Assembly (NCBI GenBank): GCA_002633005.1
Contig: NMRA01000198.1
Span: forward strand, 497,282-561,281
DNA: 64,000 bases
Direction of reading: 5' to 3'
Source of the DNA: Phoronis australis
Taxonomy: Eukaryota; Animalia; Phoronida
In this document: positions 24,058 to 37,400 of the stretch, one piece after another
How the letters are laid out: each line of letters starts with the position of its first letter
Position numbering within the stretch: position 1 is the first letter of the stretch
Position numbers and translations under genes: made by a program
The notes under the pieces: model-generated
What the model saw: only the letters and a program-made list of their open reading frames with translations
The model's database searches: none
Told to the model about the DNA's origin: nothing

Positions 24058-26205
24058 GGGGGGGAAGGCTGGAATTGATGGTGACTAGGAGGGATGCTTG
24101 GTGAGGGGGGGATTCTCACTGCATTCAAAAATTCCCTAAAAAGCACAGGCATCTTTCTCCTCAGGGGAATGAAGGCCGTGGTGTTGTTTGTTAGTGCTCC
24201 AGGCTGTTATACACTAAAAAATTAGGATGAACTCCAGATGAACGCAATTATGAAAAAGAAAAAATTTCAGTCATGGGTGGCACCTGGTGGTTTGCATTTC
24301 TCGTGCATAAATCGGATAAAATATTATTTTAAACACAATTTATAGTTTCATTCTTAGAGTCATGTAGGGTTTAATTGATTTGTGTTTCTTTTGAGATCTG
24401 ACATTCCCTGTATTCCGAGGAAGGGAACGTTGGCATCACACTCAGATGTGTATAGTTGCACAATTTGATGTTGACCTTGAGAACTTTTTGTTTGATATTT
24501 TGACCCGTACATGTACATAAGGAGTCTAACAAGAATGCTTCACACTGAACTGTTTTTTCTTCATTGTAAGACGGACACTTTCATTTTCTTCATATTCTCA
24601 GCAATATACTGATTTTGCAATATCTTGCCGTGTGTAGTTGTCTGTTGCATTCGCCTTGAATCGTTACTGGAGACAAGTCTTTGTCTGTGTTAATTGTTTT
24701 GATCGAAGCCTTGAATTATCTGACGTCTTTGCTGTCAGCAAATGGAATTATTGCGCAACAGGCCGCATTTAATAAGACAAGGTTATTGTTCTGTTCTACA
24801 CCTGGTCATACCCACACTAAGCTAATTGTTCGGGCCTTGCTCCTAATGACAGTGAAAGTGACTTAAAAGTGGAACATTATGGCTTGATGTGGACTGAGAT
24901 ACGGCTATTTTTGTTGTAATGGTTGATAGATCATATTGTGTAGAGGGACAGTGACCGTTCACAATTTGGCGTTATTACCCAAGCTAGCTGGTCAGGCTAA
25001 AATCTGACCAATTTTGGACAGAAATAATTTCCAGAAATGCCACTTTTTCACTTTTCAAAGTCTTCTAACATTGGTATGAGTGGACGTAGATTTTCAAAAT
25101 TTTGTTTTTAAACGGTATCCGGTGGAACAAAACTTGAACACGGAATGTCATTTGATTTTAAACGTTTCATTGAAAAAATGATGAAATAAATTTCACTTGT
25201 TGGCCATATTGGGTCCTAAATTAGTGAGATTTTGCTGTAACAAGAAGAGAAAACATACCCGCCTGAGTTATCGCCAAGGATGCTTAAATTGGGGAAACTC
25301 AAAATTCACGGATTAGGAAGTATTGGGTACGCATGTACTTGTCCTAAGAACTACATCGACGTCAGACTTCATATGCAAGAGTCAAATAATTGGGGTGTCA
25401 TATCTAATATACAATGAATGGTGGTTGATCTGGTTGAGTGCAGTCTTATTTACCATTGTTTAGATTGCATCATGGAAACACTGTCTGGTATTATATGTTA
25501 ATTAGTCCCATGGAGTTGTGAGTGCTTATTGTGAAACACTTTGTGAATCACAAAGAGGATTAGTCAATCTCACAATGGTCATTGGTTCAAAAAATAATGC
25601 GCCTTGCCCAGGCCCATACATTTTTGAATTGGATTCATTTGAAATCATTTTTCTTCTATTTTCCTTTTTTGCGATCTTGAGTGCAATACTGGTGATTTGT
25701 CATACCAGGAAGGTCTTCGGGTGATAACCTATATTTGTATCATTAGGAACATAAAAAATTGCATTTTTCACTCTAAGAGGCTTTGGTTAAAACATTCAGA
25801 CTTTCTAAAAATGTATTGCTGTGATATTTATTCTTATATTATAGATCTAGTCTTTGTCAACTGCAAATAAGGATTTTTCTTTTGGCACTCGAAGAATTTG
25901 ACAAAATAAGATTTTGCTCTCTATTATACTGTGTTGTATTCTAAATTGAAGGAGACTTCCTCCGATTCCTCGTAACGATGCGGATGCTTGTCAAAACTTG
26001 GTCCTCAGTGTTCAGTATCAGCCCTTCTTTAGTATGCTAGACACTGACTGGAAAAGTATTTAGACTGTGGTCCATTGCAGGTTAGTACGGTATAAAAGAC
26101 GAAACAAACTGGAGAAAAAAACTGCAGTGTCTGTCATGTAAAACTAAAAAATTCCGGGATTAACAATATTCACAACAAAGTTTGCATTCAGCATGAAAAC
26201 TAATT

Positions 26206-26366
26206 CTGCCTCCCGTTCAGTAACGCTAGGACCTCGCTAAAAAGCAAGACTTCGCGAGATTACGTGAGATATTGCCGTGTTTTTAAATAAGAACACGTGA
26301 CTCTGACTAGGTTTTAGCTAGGTCCTAGCGTAGGTCCTAGCGTCTACTGAACGCACGCCTGGTCTC
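26206..26366. mobile_element. ~150-bp interspersed MITE-like repeat, copy 2
   Basis: Same orientation and sequence as 1776-1925, with a 12-bp internal duplication (TAGGTCCTAGCG). Confidence 0.8.
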
Positions 26367-26672
26367 AGTTGAACTTAGGAGTCTCTAACCTTTGACCTGT
26401 TGCTGATTGCCTGTTGAGTGAGATAAAAAAACATGAGAGATTTGTCACTACCCACAACTTTAATTGTATTCCATAAATTTGCAATTATCATGTTACACTT
26501 TTGCTTAAGCCTATCCATCGCACGAGGAAATAGGAAAATGTGCCTTTCTGTCTTGATAGCAATTTAATGTCTGTCTCGTCTCAGTTAAGTACAAGATCTC
26601 AAAAAATTCTTTAGTGTCAGCTCTAGTTTGCCAGTCGTCTTAGGTGAATTTTTCAAGCGTGTGTTATCCAAC

Positions 26673-26790
26673 GAGGAGGCAGTGTGGCCTGGTTGATAAG
26701 TGCCCGCTTTCTTTACTCGAGGTCGTGGGTTCAAGTCCCACCAGGTCACACTGCTAAACCCTTGAGCCAGGTTTCTAGCTCCTCAGCTCG
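26673..26790 (+). mobile_element. tRNA-derived SINE head
   Basis: Pol III A-box-like TGGCCTGGTTG (26685-26695) and B-box GGTTCAAGTCC (26728-26738), followed by a SINE-core-like CCCTTGAGCCAGG; no proper cloverleaf. Confidence 0.6.
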
Positions 26791-29393
26791 GTTTTAACGA
26801 TATATTAGTAAAGCATAAAAATATTTCCAGGTGATCAGTGCAATGGGCCCACATGCGAGACCTGCGCACGTCTGGTACAACGTGTATTAGACTGCCTGCA
26901 ATTATTTTTTTTATATTAAAACAAGAAATTTAGAAAGAACCATTCAAGTGCTTGCTAGTGCCAGTTTTGTGCTTTCAATTCGATTTATTGTTTTGTCACT
27001 GAGCTATGAAGTCTAATAGAAGAAGTGTTTTTAGCAGAGTAGTCCTGGGTGGAGAAATTAAAAAATCTCAGAAGTGAATTTGGCGTTAACCCGAGCATGG
27101 GCCTTCATATAATAAGTGGGGTGGTTGTTTACCTGAAATGTGGATTTTGTGTTAACGAGCAGAGAATCACATTCATGTTTAAGCCATTTAAGTTTTAAGA
27201 ATTGATTTAAAAATGAGGTAGAATAGAGAGAATGTGTTGCTTGGGAATTAAAGCAAGTGTTTGAGTTGTGAGCATTCACGAAGATTTGTGCTAAACAAAA
27301 GGCATAGGCTTTATAAATTAAGGGTTAGTGTCTAACAGAGCCTGGAAAGTTTAGGACGTGTAGTTAGCTGAACACAGGCGTTACTGAAAATTGGTTATAA
27401 TCGTTGGTTTTTGTATTAGGACGTGACAACACTGCATTTTTTTTCAAATTTGGGCCAACACAATTGCATAAATTTCATTTTTTGAACATTGGTTGGTATC
27501 ATACAGAACTTGGGTATGGCAAATCATTATTTTGATGAAGAAAGAATGTTTTTCTCTTGTTTTATCTGCTTTATTGTGTACTGAATTGGTGAGATTTTAC
27601 TGTTCTTCAATCCAGTTGGTATATCACAGAAACTTTAGTGTAGGTCTTAGCACCATCAAAGCTTCAAATCCATTAACTGCATGCAATGTCTATAAAAATA
27701 TCCTCGGCATTAAGATTACTGTAAGTTTTCCCAGGGCGAACGAATTGGCTATTCATTGCTACTATTAATTGGCCAACCTATTCTTTCTATGTAGTGTAGT
27801 GGTAGTTTGCATGTAAGTTTCCATATTTTGTGGTCATCACTCAGCAGTGTTTTGATATCAACAGTTGGTCATTTCGAAAATCAGATTTCCGAAAATTTGG
27901 TGATTGCTTCTCATTCTGAAAACTTGTACCATTCAGCACATTCTGATGAAGACAATATACTAGGCTAACCTCTGAAGCAGGTTGTCAATTAACCTAATTA
28001 AACAATATATAATCTTGTATTATAAGACTCTCAGAAAAACATGGCTCATACACCCGTGAACATGGCTCTCTGGCTTACAAACTCAGTTCACTGTTTTCAC
28101 AAATACGGCTCTACGATCTCAAAACTCAGCTTACTCACCAGAAAACCATGCTTCTATAGTGCAAGCATTGTTCCTACACCTGTAACCATGGTTCTCTTCT
28201 ATGCGCCATGCTTGTGATTCTCATGTCAGGTGAGTCAGTGAGCTGTCTTTTTTGATTGAGTCATGTTTTGTGAGTGCAGGGACATGTTTGTGTGTCAGTG
28301 AGCTGAATTTATAGTTCTGCAAGCCGGCTCCTGAGTGCATAAGCTGTGTTTTGGTCACCTGGTTATATTTGTGTGGCCTATGAACCACACGCCTTGGATG
28401 TTATCCAAGCTATGAAGCCAATATTGTTGCTGACTGGAAAACAAGGACCCAAACTGTCTTAATGTTTTGCATTTTAGTGGAAGTCTGTAGACTTGTAGTT
28501 ATGAATGCCTTGTTCACATAAGTATAGAGAATTGACAGGATTTGCAGTGTTTTTTGCCTGTTAGTTGGCACTTGATGTCCAGATGTTGAGGTTGGAAGCA
28601 TTAATCTTGCTGCTTGAAAATTTCCTCATGCTGAGGTCATGCTCAATGCCTTTGTACTGGCCATCAGTGAGCTGTAATTTGGGATACTCGTGCTGGGCTC
28701 TTATGTAAGCAAACTGTACAAGGAAGTACAAAAATATGCCTTTCTGTTGTGAATTTAGTGTCTGGCTCACTTAGTAGTGGATGAAAAGGCCATTTACCAG
28801 TAATGTTATATATCATACCTGGTTAGGTTAATGCCCCTGGTGTTTATTTGAGGAAATTGAAATTATAAAAGCTTTAGTTCAAATCAAAGTTAACAAAATG
28901 TTGTAAAGATTCTGAAATGGTCATTTATCCAAACTTTGATGTCAACTTGAATGATACCATGATTTTTTTGTGTGCGTGCAGTACAGCTATATGTTCCGTG
29001 TGCCAAGTTTTAGAGTTTGGTCAGCTATTCCTCCTGTTTTACAAGTAAATATCTTTTAAATTTCAAATTTTTCTAGTTTTTTTATTTTTATAATTTTTTT
29101 GTAGCGGAATAATTCATCTGTGTAGCACGCTGTATGGTGGACAAGTGAAATTTCGTTTTGTAAAATTCTCATCTCAAATGAAAGTTAACAAAATTTTAGT
29201 CTATTATTTCCTTGCTTTCATCAGTGAATCATTCAAAGCATAATTTGAAATATTTGCAGTGCGGTTGTGAGTATTTGAAAAACCGAGAAATGATTTTCGC
29301 AATTATTTTGTGCTAAGTAAGTGAAGATTTACCCTTAGTGTGGCATTTCATGCTAAACTTGTAAAAGTCTCTATGCATATAGTGTCTTATGTA

Positions 29394-29912
29394 CAGGGCT
29401 TGGAATTTTCCGCGGAAACGCGGATTTCCGCTTTTTTCAAATGTGCTTTCCGCTTTTTTTATAATATTTCCGCGTAAAAAAAATCGGATTTGATATAAAA
29501 TTTCCGCGGCAAATTCCTTTCTTACCGCGGCGTTGCAGACGACGTTCACTTCGAGAAGCGGAAGTTGCTCTATGTTTCGGAGGAACGTAAATTGTCAACA
29601 TTGCCGGGGCATCTGGGACAGCGTGGTTGGATTTTCAATGGCGTCTCGTGTTATTGTTAAGCGCGGTGACAAATACTACCGCTCTGCAGCCAAAAATGTG
29701 TGGGTTGGGAGTGGATGGGCGAGCTAAAAGGACGCAGACGCATGCTACTGATGGTAACGTTTTTTTTTTTTTTTNTTTTTTTTTTTAGTCCTCCCGATTT
29801 TTGTCGGGGAAAGGTTCACATTGACCATTTCAAGGCTGGTTATCGGGCATGATTTGGGCCGTAAAAGTTTCAAAGTTTCCGTGTTTTTTGTCATTGGTCA
29901 TTCCAAGCTCTG
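29394..29912. mobile_element. CpG-rich non-autonomous DNA transposon, 519 bp
   Basis: TIRs CAGGGCTTGGAAT / ATTCCAAGCTCTG; TATGTA directly repeated on both flanks; subterminal TTCCGC repeats. Confidence 0.72.
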
Positions 29913-30074
29913 TATGTAGAAGGAACATGTTGAGACAATTGTTCATGGTAGGTGGTCTGAAAGTAGACTTATCAGGTAGTGAGCGGCTACAGATTTGAAT
30001 GTAATATTTTTGATGCTGCTTTGGTTGTTACCTATTATAATTCCTTAGACTCAGATCTATGTTTTTTGTTGCAG

Positions 30075-30138
30075 GTGGACTTAGAACCTAACGGAAAGTT
30101 GCACATAGTCATCGAACTCAATGGATCCACGGCGGAAG
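30075..30138 (+). CDS. PRKCE: PKC epsilon-type exon 2 (end of C2 domain; not in ORF track)
   Basis: gttgcag|GTG; VDLEPNGKLHIVIELNGSTAE; G|gtatga. Confidence 0.9.
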
Positions 30139-30924
30139 GTATGACTTAATCTTAGTAGTAGCAACAGTTGTTTGTTATACAGTAAAATCTCACAAATTTA
30201 AAACACAACATAGGGGGGCAGGTAAATTTTATTTTTCATTTTTGCAGAAAAGATTAATAATAACAGAAAATGAATTTGGGAAGATTGCATAGTAATCAAT
30301 GATGCTTTATGTCCTTGTTATATAAACTGCCTTCATCTCGTGTACTCATTTTTACAATGCTAAAGTAATGTATTTACATTGCCTTGGATCATCTGGTAAC
30401 AAGTACTTTGCCAGATTTAAACTGCATTTTGTAAAATCTTCAAAGCAGTACTTTGTAATACGGTGACACTTGTGGAAGTCAGACATACATAAGTTGAATT
30501 TTCGTTAAACTTCTGTTGTGTTTGTTGATACGCTCGGCACTTTAGATAGGTCGGAGTTCACCATACTCCTGTGAAATCTCGCGTAGCGGTTGGACCCAGC
30601 TTATGCAAATTTCTCCGTATTACTAATTATAGTAATAGTTACAGTCGGCATTATTCCATTGTGCATACAACAGTAATCCGTATATATTTCAAATTCTATT
30701 TAGTGTGCCGTGCATCCAATTTTAGCCCGAGTAAATGCATTTTAACTCCACTGTAGCATCCCCTCATAGGTAATCCGTGGAGAACTAATTCCCCATTTTT
30801 CCAATGCGTATTGGTTAAACTCGCATGTTGGCTGTATTTGTGAGTAGACTGAACTTCACATTGAGATTTACAGGAACTCTCACCTCCTTGTAGGACCACC
30901 AGCCCAGTCAAAACACAACTCTAT

Positions 30925-31440
30925 GGTTGTGTAGAACTGTATTGTCAAGTCTGTATTTAGTGTAATATAGATCTACAAAACTATAACTCAGTCAAAATGT
31001 ATATTTTCTGATGTCAAAAAGTCAGTAGAGTTTGATTTTCAACTTTACAGTAATTTACTGTTAAATGAGTTATGTGACCATATCTTGTCAGTAAAATTTA
31101 GAAAGAAGTAAAGAGACCTTGATAGCTAAACAATAGTATTAATAATGTCAAATTCTGTTTGATATAAATGTTCACGATGAAATCGGAAAAACCCTGTTGA
31201 ACTTTTCTACGTTAATATTTTGTTTTAGGCAACTTTTATTTTTTTCATAAAAATCTTAAAAGTCCTATTTTTTGACAGCCCCTCGTGCAAAAGTGGAATG
31301 TTTAAGAAACAATTCCTAATGCCTTAATTGCGTAAAGCGTTGTAGCTGAAAGTTTCTTGTGTGTCTGTTTAGTCATTTCTGATGTAAAGTATTCCATAAT
31401 TAGCCAAATTTGGACATTTTTCTAGGGTCCTACATAACTT
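30925..31440 (+). mobile_element. ~500-bp DNA transposon family (Kolobok/piggyBac-like), copy
   Basis: Ends GGTTGTGTAG ... GGGTCCTACATAAC; collinear similarity with 37401-37822 and, inverted, with 57489-57983. Confidence 0.6.
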
Positions 31441-34400
31441 TTACTTGAACATGGTAAACGGCCCCTAGGCTGATCGTGAATTTCAACTTTCAACATTGTT
31501 CAAGTAGGGGTGTGTGGGAAATGAGAAGTTGTGGAATACGGTTAGCTTTCCACAACTGAGCTATGTGACCTACTGACCCTGAAACTTGTGATCCTGAACC
31601 AACTGTCCTAAAATTACTGCATATTGTAATGAATTGGGGCGTGTCCTGACAATGACGTCACCTTGACACACCGTTCCGATTTCTGCTGGTGATTCTTAAG
31701 TCTCGGCCTCCTTTCTTGAACCCAACAATGGTTAGCTTGGTGTCTCCAGAAGAGATGTGAATTTGTCCTGGAAATTAGTGTTATGTTAACTAATGTATGA
31801 ATGGAAAAATACTGTGAGGAAACCAAATGTGTTGCAGTGCACCTTGGTCAATATTCAACTTCTCAATAATTTATTAATTTCAAGATTGTACTTTTTAAAA
31901 TTGTATCCTTAGTATTAATGTAGATCCCTGTTTATTGATGAGTGACAATTTTCTGTTAGTTACTGTTCCTTGATATGTGTCCTACATACTGTTCCTTGAT
32001 GTGTGCCCTACATGGAACAGTAGAAAGTGACATAAATGACCTAGCTGACCCACACACGCTGTGTTCAGTAGCGAGTACGATGTGTTTCTTCTGTGACAGT
32101 GAATACAGAACCAGGATGATGCGAGCCTTTTGGCTGGGCCGTTCAATTTTTATTGTTACATTGGTAATGAATGCATGCCAGTTGTACAGTAATAACACGG
32201 AATATCATATTTCCAAGGTAACCAGTTTAAAAAAAAAAATTGGTTGCTTTACCCATTAATGCTAAATTATGTGTCATCAGATTTGGTGGCCCAGAGATTG
32301 TAATAGTGATCAGAATTAGAAAATTGTCTTTAGTAATTACATAACATTTTGTTGTACAGCCTGTTTTCGGTACGTAGCTGTTTTTTCACAGGGAACAGTT
32401 GTCACCGTGCAAGGTGGCACAACTTGCTCCACTTTAGTTGTATTCACCCGACATTAAATTACAAACTGGATCAGCATGAGTCATTTACACCAAGACTGTC
32501 TGCGCATGCTTGCAGTGAGTGTCCACATCACGGCGGAATGCTAACAAATCACCCGTATATATAAGCTATTGCACAAGCGTGACGGAGATGATCCCTCCTC
32601 CCTTGCCCCGTCTTGTGATTAGACTGTGTAGTTGAAACTGGAGCAACTGATCGAGTGCAACTTTCTCTACCTCTCGAACCGGTGTCAAAAATGGCTGCTG
32701 CAAGGTCAACTTGCTCCGTGTCAGTTGTGTTTACATACACACTTGCTCCCGATCAGCTGTTCTGTGTTACTTGCTCCGTGACAACTGCCTCCCGTGTAAA
32801 TGGGGCATATAGGTGTGGTTTCTAGCCATTGTGGGATGCATAACATTACACACATACCCATAATCAGTGTTATTGGGGAATGTCTCGACTTCACTGACAG
32901 GTAGGCATAGATCTCTGAAGTGAAATTTGCCCCATCTACTGGTGGACCCCTGAACTTGCCTGGCTAACCTTCAAAACTGTACGCTCATAATTGTCTCCAT
33001 CATCTCTCAGTAGTAGTTGGCTTTATTAAAAACACTGTGACATGCCACTATTGGTTGTTGATAGTCCTAATTGCCAACTTGTGTGTTTAGTGTAGTGGGA
33101 TTGATGATTGTTGGCTATAAATCTGTCAACTAATTTGAATGTCTCTCAGTAGGTGGTCCTGGTTTTCTTGGCCTGTACCACCTGCTGCTTCTAAGAGGGA
33201 AAAACAGAGAACTCCTATTTGTAAGCAAGTGCTTAGACACAGTCACTGTGTAAACCATTTTGAACTGAAAAAGCTACCGTATATTATTTTCAGGTGTGCA
33301 TTTTGGTGGTTTGTGATTCTGAATAGGGGCTGTGTTTGGTTCACAACTGTAAATGATGGGGTTTCCACAATTGCAAAAGCTTCCGCTTTTCAGGACCCTC
33401 CTTGCTTCAACTTAGGAGCCACATATCGATCATATTCCCGTCTGAAAGCAGTATGATAATCACACGAGAGATTTTCCCTCGTAAGAAAAATCCCTTTCAG
33501 AAAGCACATGCACGACCTGTCCCTTACAGTGACATTATCGTCGACAATGTTATGTATTTAAGATTAGCCGGTCCAAGACTGTCATACCTTCAGCAGTTAC
33601 GTTCCAACACTTTGCCAGTAGAACCAATCTCACAAGTAGCCCAGTATTTTAAGCGTATTTTACAAGAAGGTCACTGACCTTGCTTGAATTGTTAATTCTG
33701 CTAAATAGCTCGAAGCCAATATCGGGAATCGACGAATGCTAATAAAATCATAAAAACTACAGATTTTGCTGTTTTGTAGCTCTGCTCAATGCAAATGACT
33801 CCAAGAAGTCTATCCTACCCAATAATAACCCCAAAAATGTATTTTCAGCCATAAAACTATTTTTAATCAACCAATAACAACTAAAATTGTCATTGGAAGG
33901 ATTTAAAGTTTATGTATGCTTTGCGTGGTGGTGGAATTGGTCTTGAAGATCGATAGCCCTTGAAAGTCCTTGAATTTTTGGAGCCTCCAGTTATACGAAT
34001 TCTGTGAGCGAGGTCCCTGTATTTCCCTACACAGCTACCTTTACCGGAAACATTATAAGAGCAAGCACATCTGTGAAGGAAACACTGCCCATGAAGTCGC
34101 ATGCCGGTATATCACCATATCACCCAGTACACAACCTAGTGAATGTGAAAACAAATAAATTCCTGACGCAAAAAAGTCAGAGGTCAAATTCCCCCAGAGC
34201 TTGGATTAGGTTATGCGATATTCATTAAGACTACTCTTGTTCCAGACCAGTGGCTGTGATGATGACATTGTGAACAAAACATCAGTCTTCCTTATGCAAC
34301 CAGGCTTCATCTGGGATAAAAATAACACTGACAGGCATTAGGCAGCTATTTATAGTCTCATTCCTTGATGCCCACTCACAGTTGTATAGTTTTTGCCAGG

Positions 34401-36782
34401 TTGAATAAGTGGCAATGGTTACCAGTGAGATTGGTTTTAAGATGTACTCTTTAGGGAACCAATCGGATGTTGTTTTTTAACTTCTTGAATTTTAAATGAT
34501 CTGTAGTGACGCATTGACTGGGATGAGGTCTTTAGTAGCTATGCAGTTTCTCCTCAATACAAGAGTAAATGAAACCGCATACCAGGAATTTTTTCTAAGT
34601 TAATTCACCAGTATGGCTGTTAAAGAGCTACCTATGCTTTAATCAGTTAGTTTATATGATTAAAATTATGTGTTTTTTCATGTTAGAAGAAGTTATTTGC
34701 ATTTGTGTACTTTTTACTATTTCGACTGATCGTTTGAGAAGAACTGCAAAATTAATACACCATCAATACAGCTGTAACTGTGACAAAGCCCTTTCATACT
34801 AACTTAACTCCGTTATGAGCGGAGCGTTGATGTAAGGTGCCAAGTCAATTGAATACCAACTTCGGTAGTAAACGGCATCTAAGTAAACGGTTGGTGACGC
34901 TGTCGTTTATCAAAGTAATCACAAGGTGGCGCTGATGCATCACATGCATGCTAAGATGTTTTTAATGTGAGAACATTTACGTGAGCTATTTGACATTAAA
35001 CTTATTTCTAATTCGATTGGTGGTTATTTGATCAAAATATAAGCGAGTATTAGCGACGACAACAACTTCCCTTTAATTGTTGACCATAGCGGTGGACCCT
35101 GGTGATAACTTTGATAAGACCGAAGTTGACCGCACCGCAGCATCGACGCTGCACTTTTAAATTCACATGTTTACTGCAAAGTTAACTGGCTCTGTTAACT
35201 TCAATCCAGCACCGAAGTTAATCGTTCAACTCACCAAAACATCGACGCATCAACATCAGCATGAGTGTGCCTACAGGTATCCTCATAAATAGTTTATGAC
35301 TGTTCATTTATGTGCTATTTGTCCTTACTTTGTACCTTACTCCCATTTTGGTAATCAGCCATGTTCGGCTTAGCGTCCTCCCGCAAGTTTTGCTTATATT
35401 CGCTTTTAAATGCCCATACTCGGCTTATCACTTGCCCCCTATATATATACACAATGGAGATTGTCTGTATAGCACCAGTGTCTTCATGAATTTTTCCTCA
35501 CCTGAATGTTAGCTCCCAAAACATAAGAAACTTGCTTAATTTTGAGTATGGAACAGTTAGAGACTGTGTTCTTATGTACTCAAAACTCCACTTGAAAATT
35601 AACCAATTGCATGGGATGCATCAAGTAGACTTTTAAACTTGTACTCGAATCATACAATTGAAGGGGTGTTTCTTTCCGTCTACAAATTTCCTTATCATTT
35701 ACCAAGCCGAAAAACTATGAATGAAAAAGAGCTAGAAAAGCGAATAGAACATGGGATATGTTGTTTGAGGAATTCAGGGACTTTGTCAGATGGTCCAGGA
35801 ACTGAGTAGCCACATCAGGAGTTGAAAAGTAGATGTGGGAAATGTCAGTGGATATTTGACAAATGGTGAACTCATATGAAGGAAAAACAAGCTCATGAAC
35901 TCTCAAGTCCACGCCGCCATTGTGCTGCTGTGAATTGAGCATCATTCTTGTCGGTGGACCGTCTCGGGCTTGGTCTGTCATAAACTCACAATATTTTGCT
36001 TATATTAAGGTTTATTATTTCTTCTTTAAGGGAAAGGTAACCGTAAACCGAATCAGGAACTGGAAAAAACAACTGCGAGACAGTGAACAGTTAAATAACT
36101 TGTTTACGGCAAAGAATTAGCGTGGTTGGGTAAATCTGTCTTACCTGCCGGTCTTTGTTCACTGTAGACGGGCAACAAAGAGAATACAGAGTGCCTTTGT
36201 AAAAATAAAGCAGATTTTGTTCAGTCGACTTTTTAGCAAAGATAAAACCAAATGCTCTGAAGAAAACTCAAAAATGACAAATTTGAAAAACCAGGTCTTC
36301 GGACATCAACAAACGCTGGCTACGAACCTTAACCTCGTAGCCCATTTTTACATGTACAGTGTATGTCCATAAGACAACACTTCGCTGATTAGCCACACTG
36401 AGACCTGTTCACTATATAACCATGGCATGCATTCAGAAGTTAAATGTAGCCTGCCACTCTGGTAGGAGTTTGAGCTGGAGCCAACCTGAGTTATCCTGGG
36501 GTGCAGATGTACTGTGGCTGCGATAGGCCAATTATGGATTTCCCTGATAAATATGGCGACTCGCTAAGAGCTACTAATTTTTCCACTAAGTGCAGAAAAT
36601 GAGCTTTGCTAATTGGAGGATTTGTATTCTGCGGTTTACACTAAATGAAGTGTGATCGTAGCGGAGTGCTTGGAATATCTTTTCAAACAATATCTCTGAT
36701 GAAACTGCTGTTTTACAACTATTCAAAGAGAGTCACTCCAATCAACTCGTCAAAAAATACCCTTATGTGTTTTGAGCCTGGG

Positions 36783-36998
36783 CAGGCCTTTATCCAGGAT
36801 TTCGAAAATAGGGTGTCCAAAATAGGGTTCCCAATATTCCAGGGCGTCCATGATTCCGACGTGTAACCCCCCCAAACGTGAAAGGTTCCTATTGACAATG
36901 GGCGTCCAAATGATACATTGGGAGTCCTTGCCAGAGCCTCCAGATTAGTGTTAGGGCGTCCATTTGGACGCCCAGGACGTACGCTGTATAAAGGCCTG
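36783..36998. mobile_element. hAT-type MITE, 216 bp
   Basis: TIRs CAGGCCTTTATCCAG / CTGTATAAAGGCCTG; perfect 8-bp target duplication AGCCTGGG (36775-36782 and 36999-37006); internal GGGCGTCCA repeats. Confidence 0.88.
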
Positions 36999-37400
36999 AG
37001 CCTGGGTTGTACGAGTTCAAAATTAAACCTGGGCCAAGAGTTTTAGTGGCAACTTGCTGTATTCATTTGGGGAAATACTCATAGTCTTTAATAATAATTT
37101 ATGTAGGAGGTTAAGAGGGGCATTTATCTGTGGCAAACTCACTCTTGCATGTGAGTCCGAAACAGGTAAATGCCCCTCCAATCCTCCCTGAAAAATTCTA
37201 ATCATTGTAAAATGTCACTTATTTTGGACATAAATAATTGCCAAGTACCTGTGTTCAGTTTCTATAGATTTCTACCCTTGAGAATGGTCACGATATTTCA
37301 TCATGAGTATCCAAAAGTTTTGATTTACAATTTGCGCTTCAGTTACGCCTCTCCTGGGTGAATGATATGTTTATCGTCGAACTTACATTATCCAAATTAT

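Noticed and set aside
26673-26750. Possible tRNA gene
   Set aside because: A and B boxes are present but there is no acceptor or anticodon stem pairing; a SINE head explains it better
35715-35981. Purine-rich, coding-looking stretch in PKC intron 2
   Set aside because: Multiple stops on + and no identifiable family on either strand; at most a decayed element
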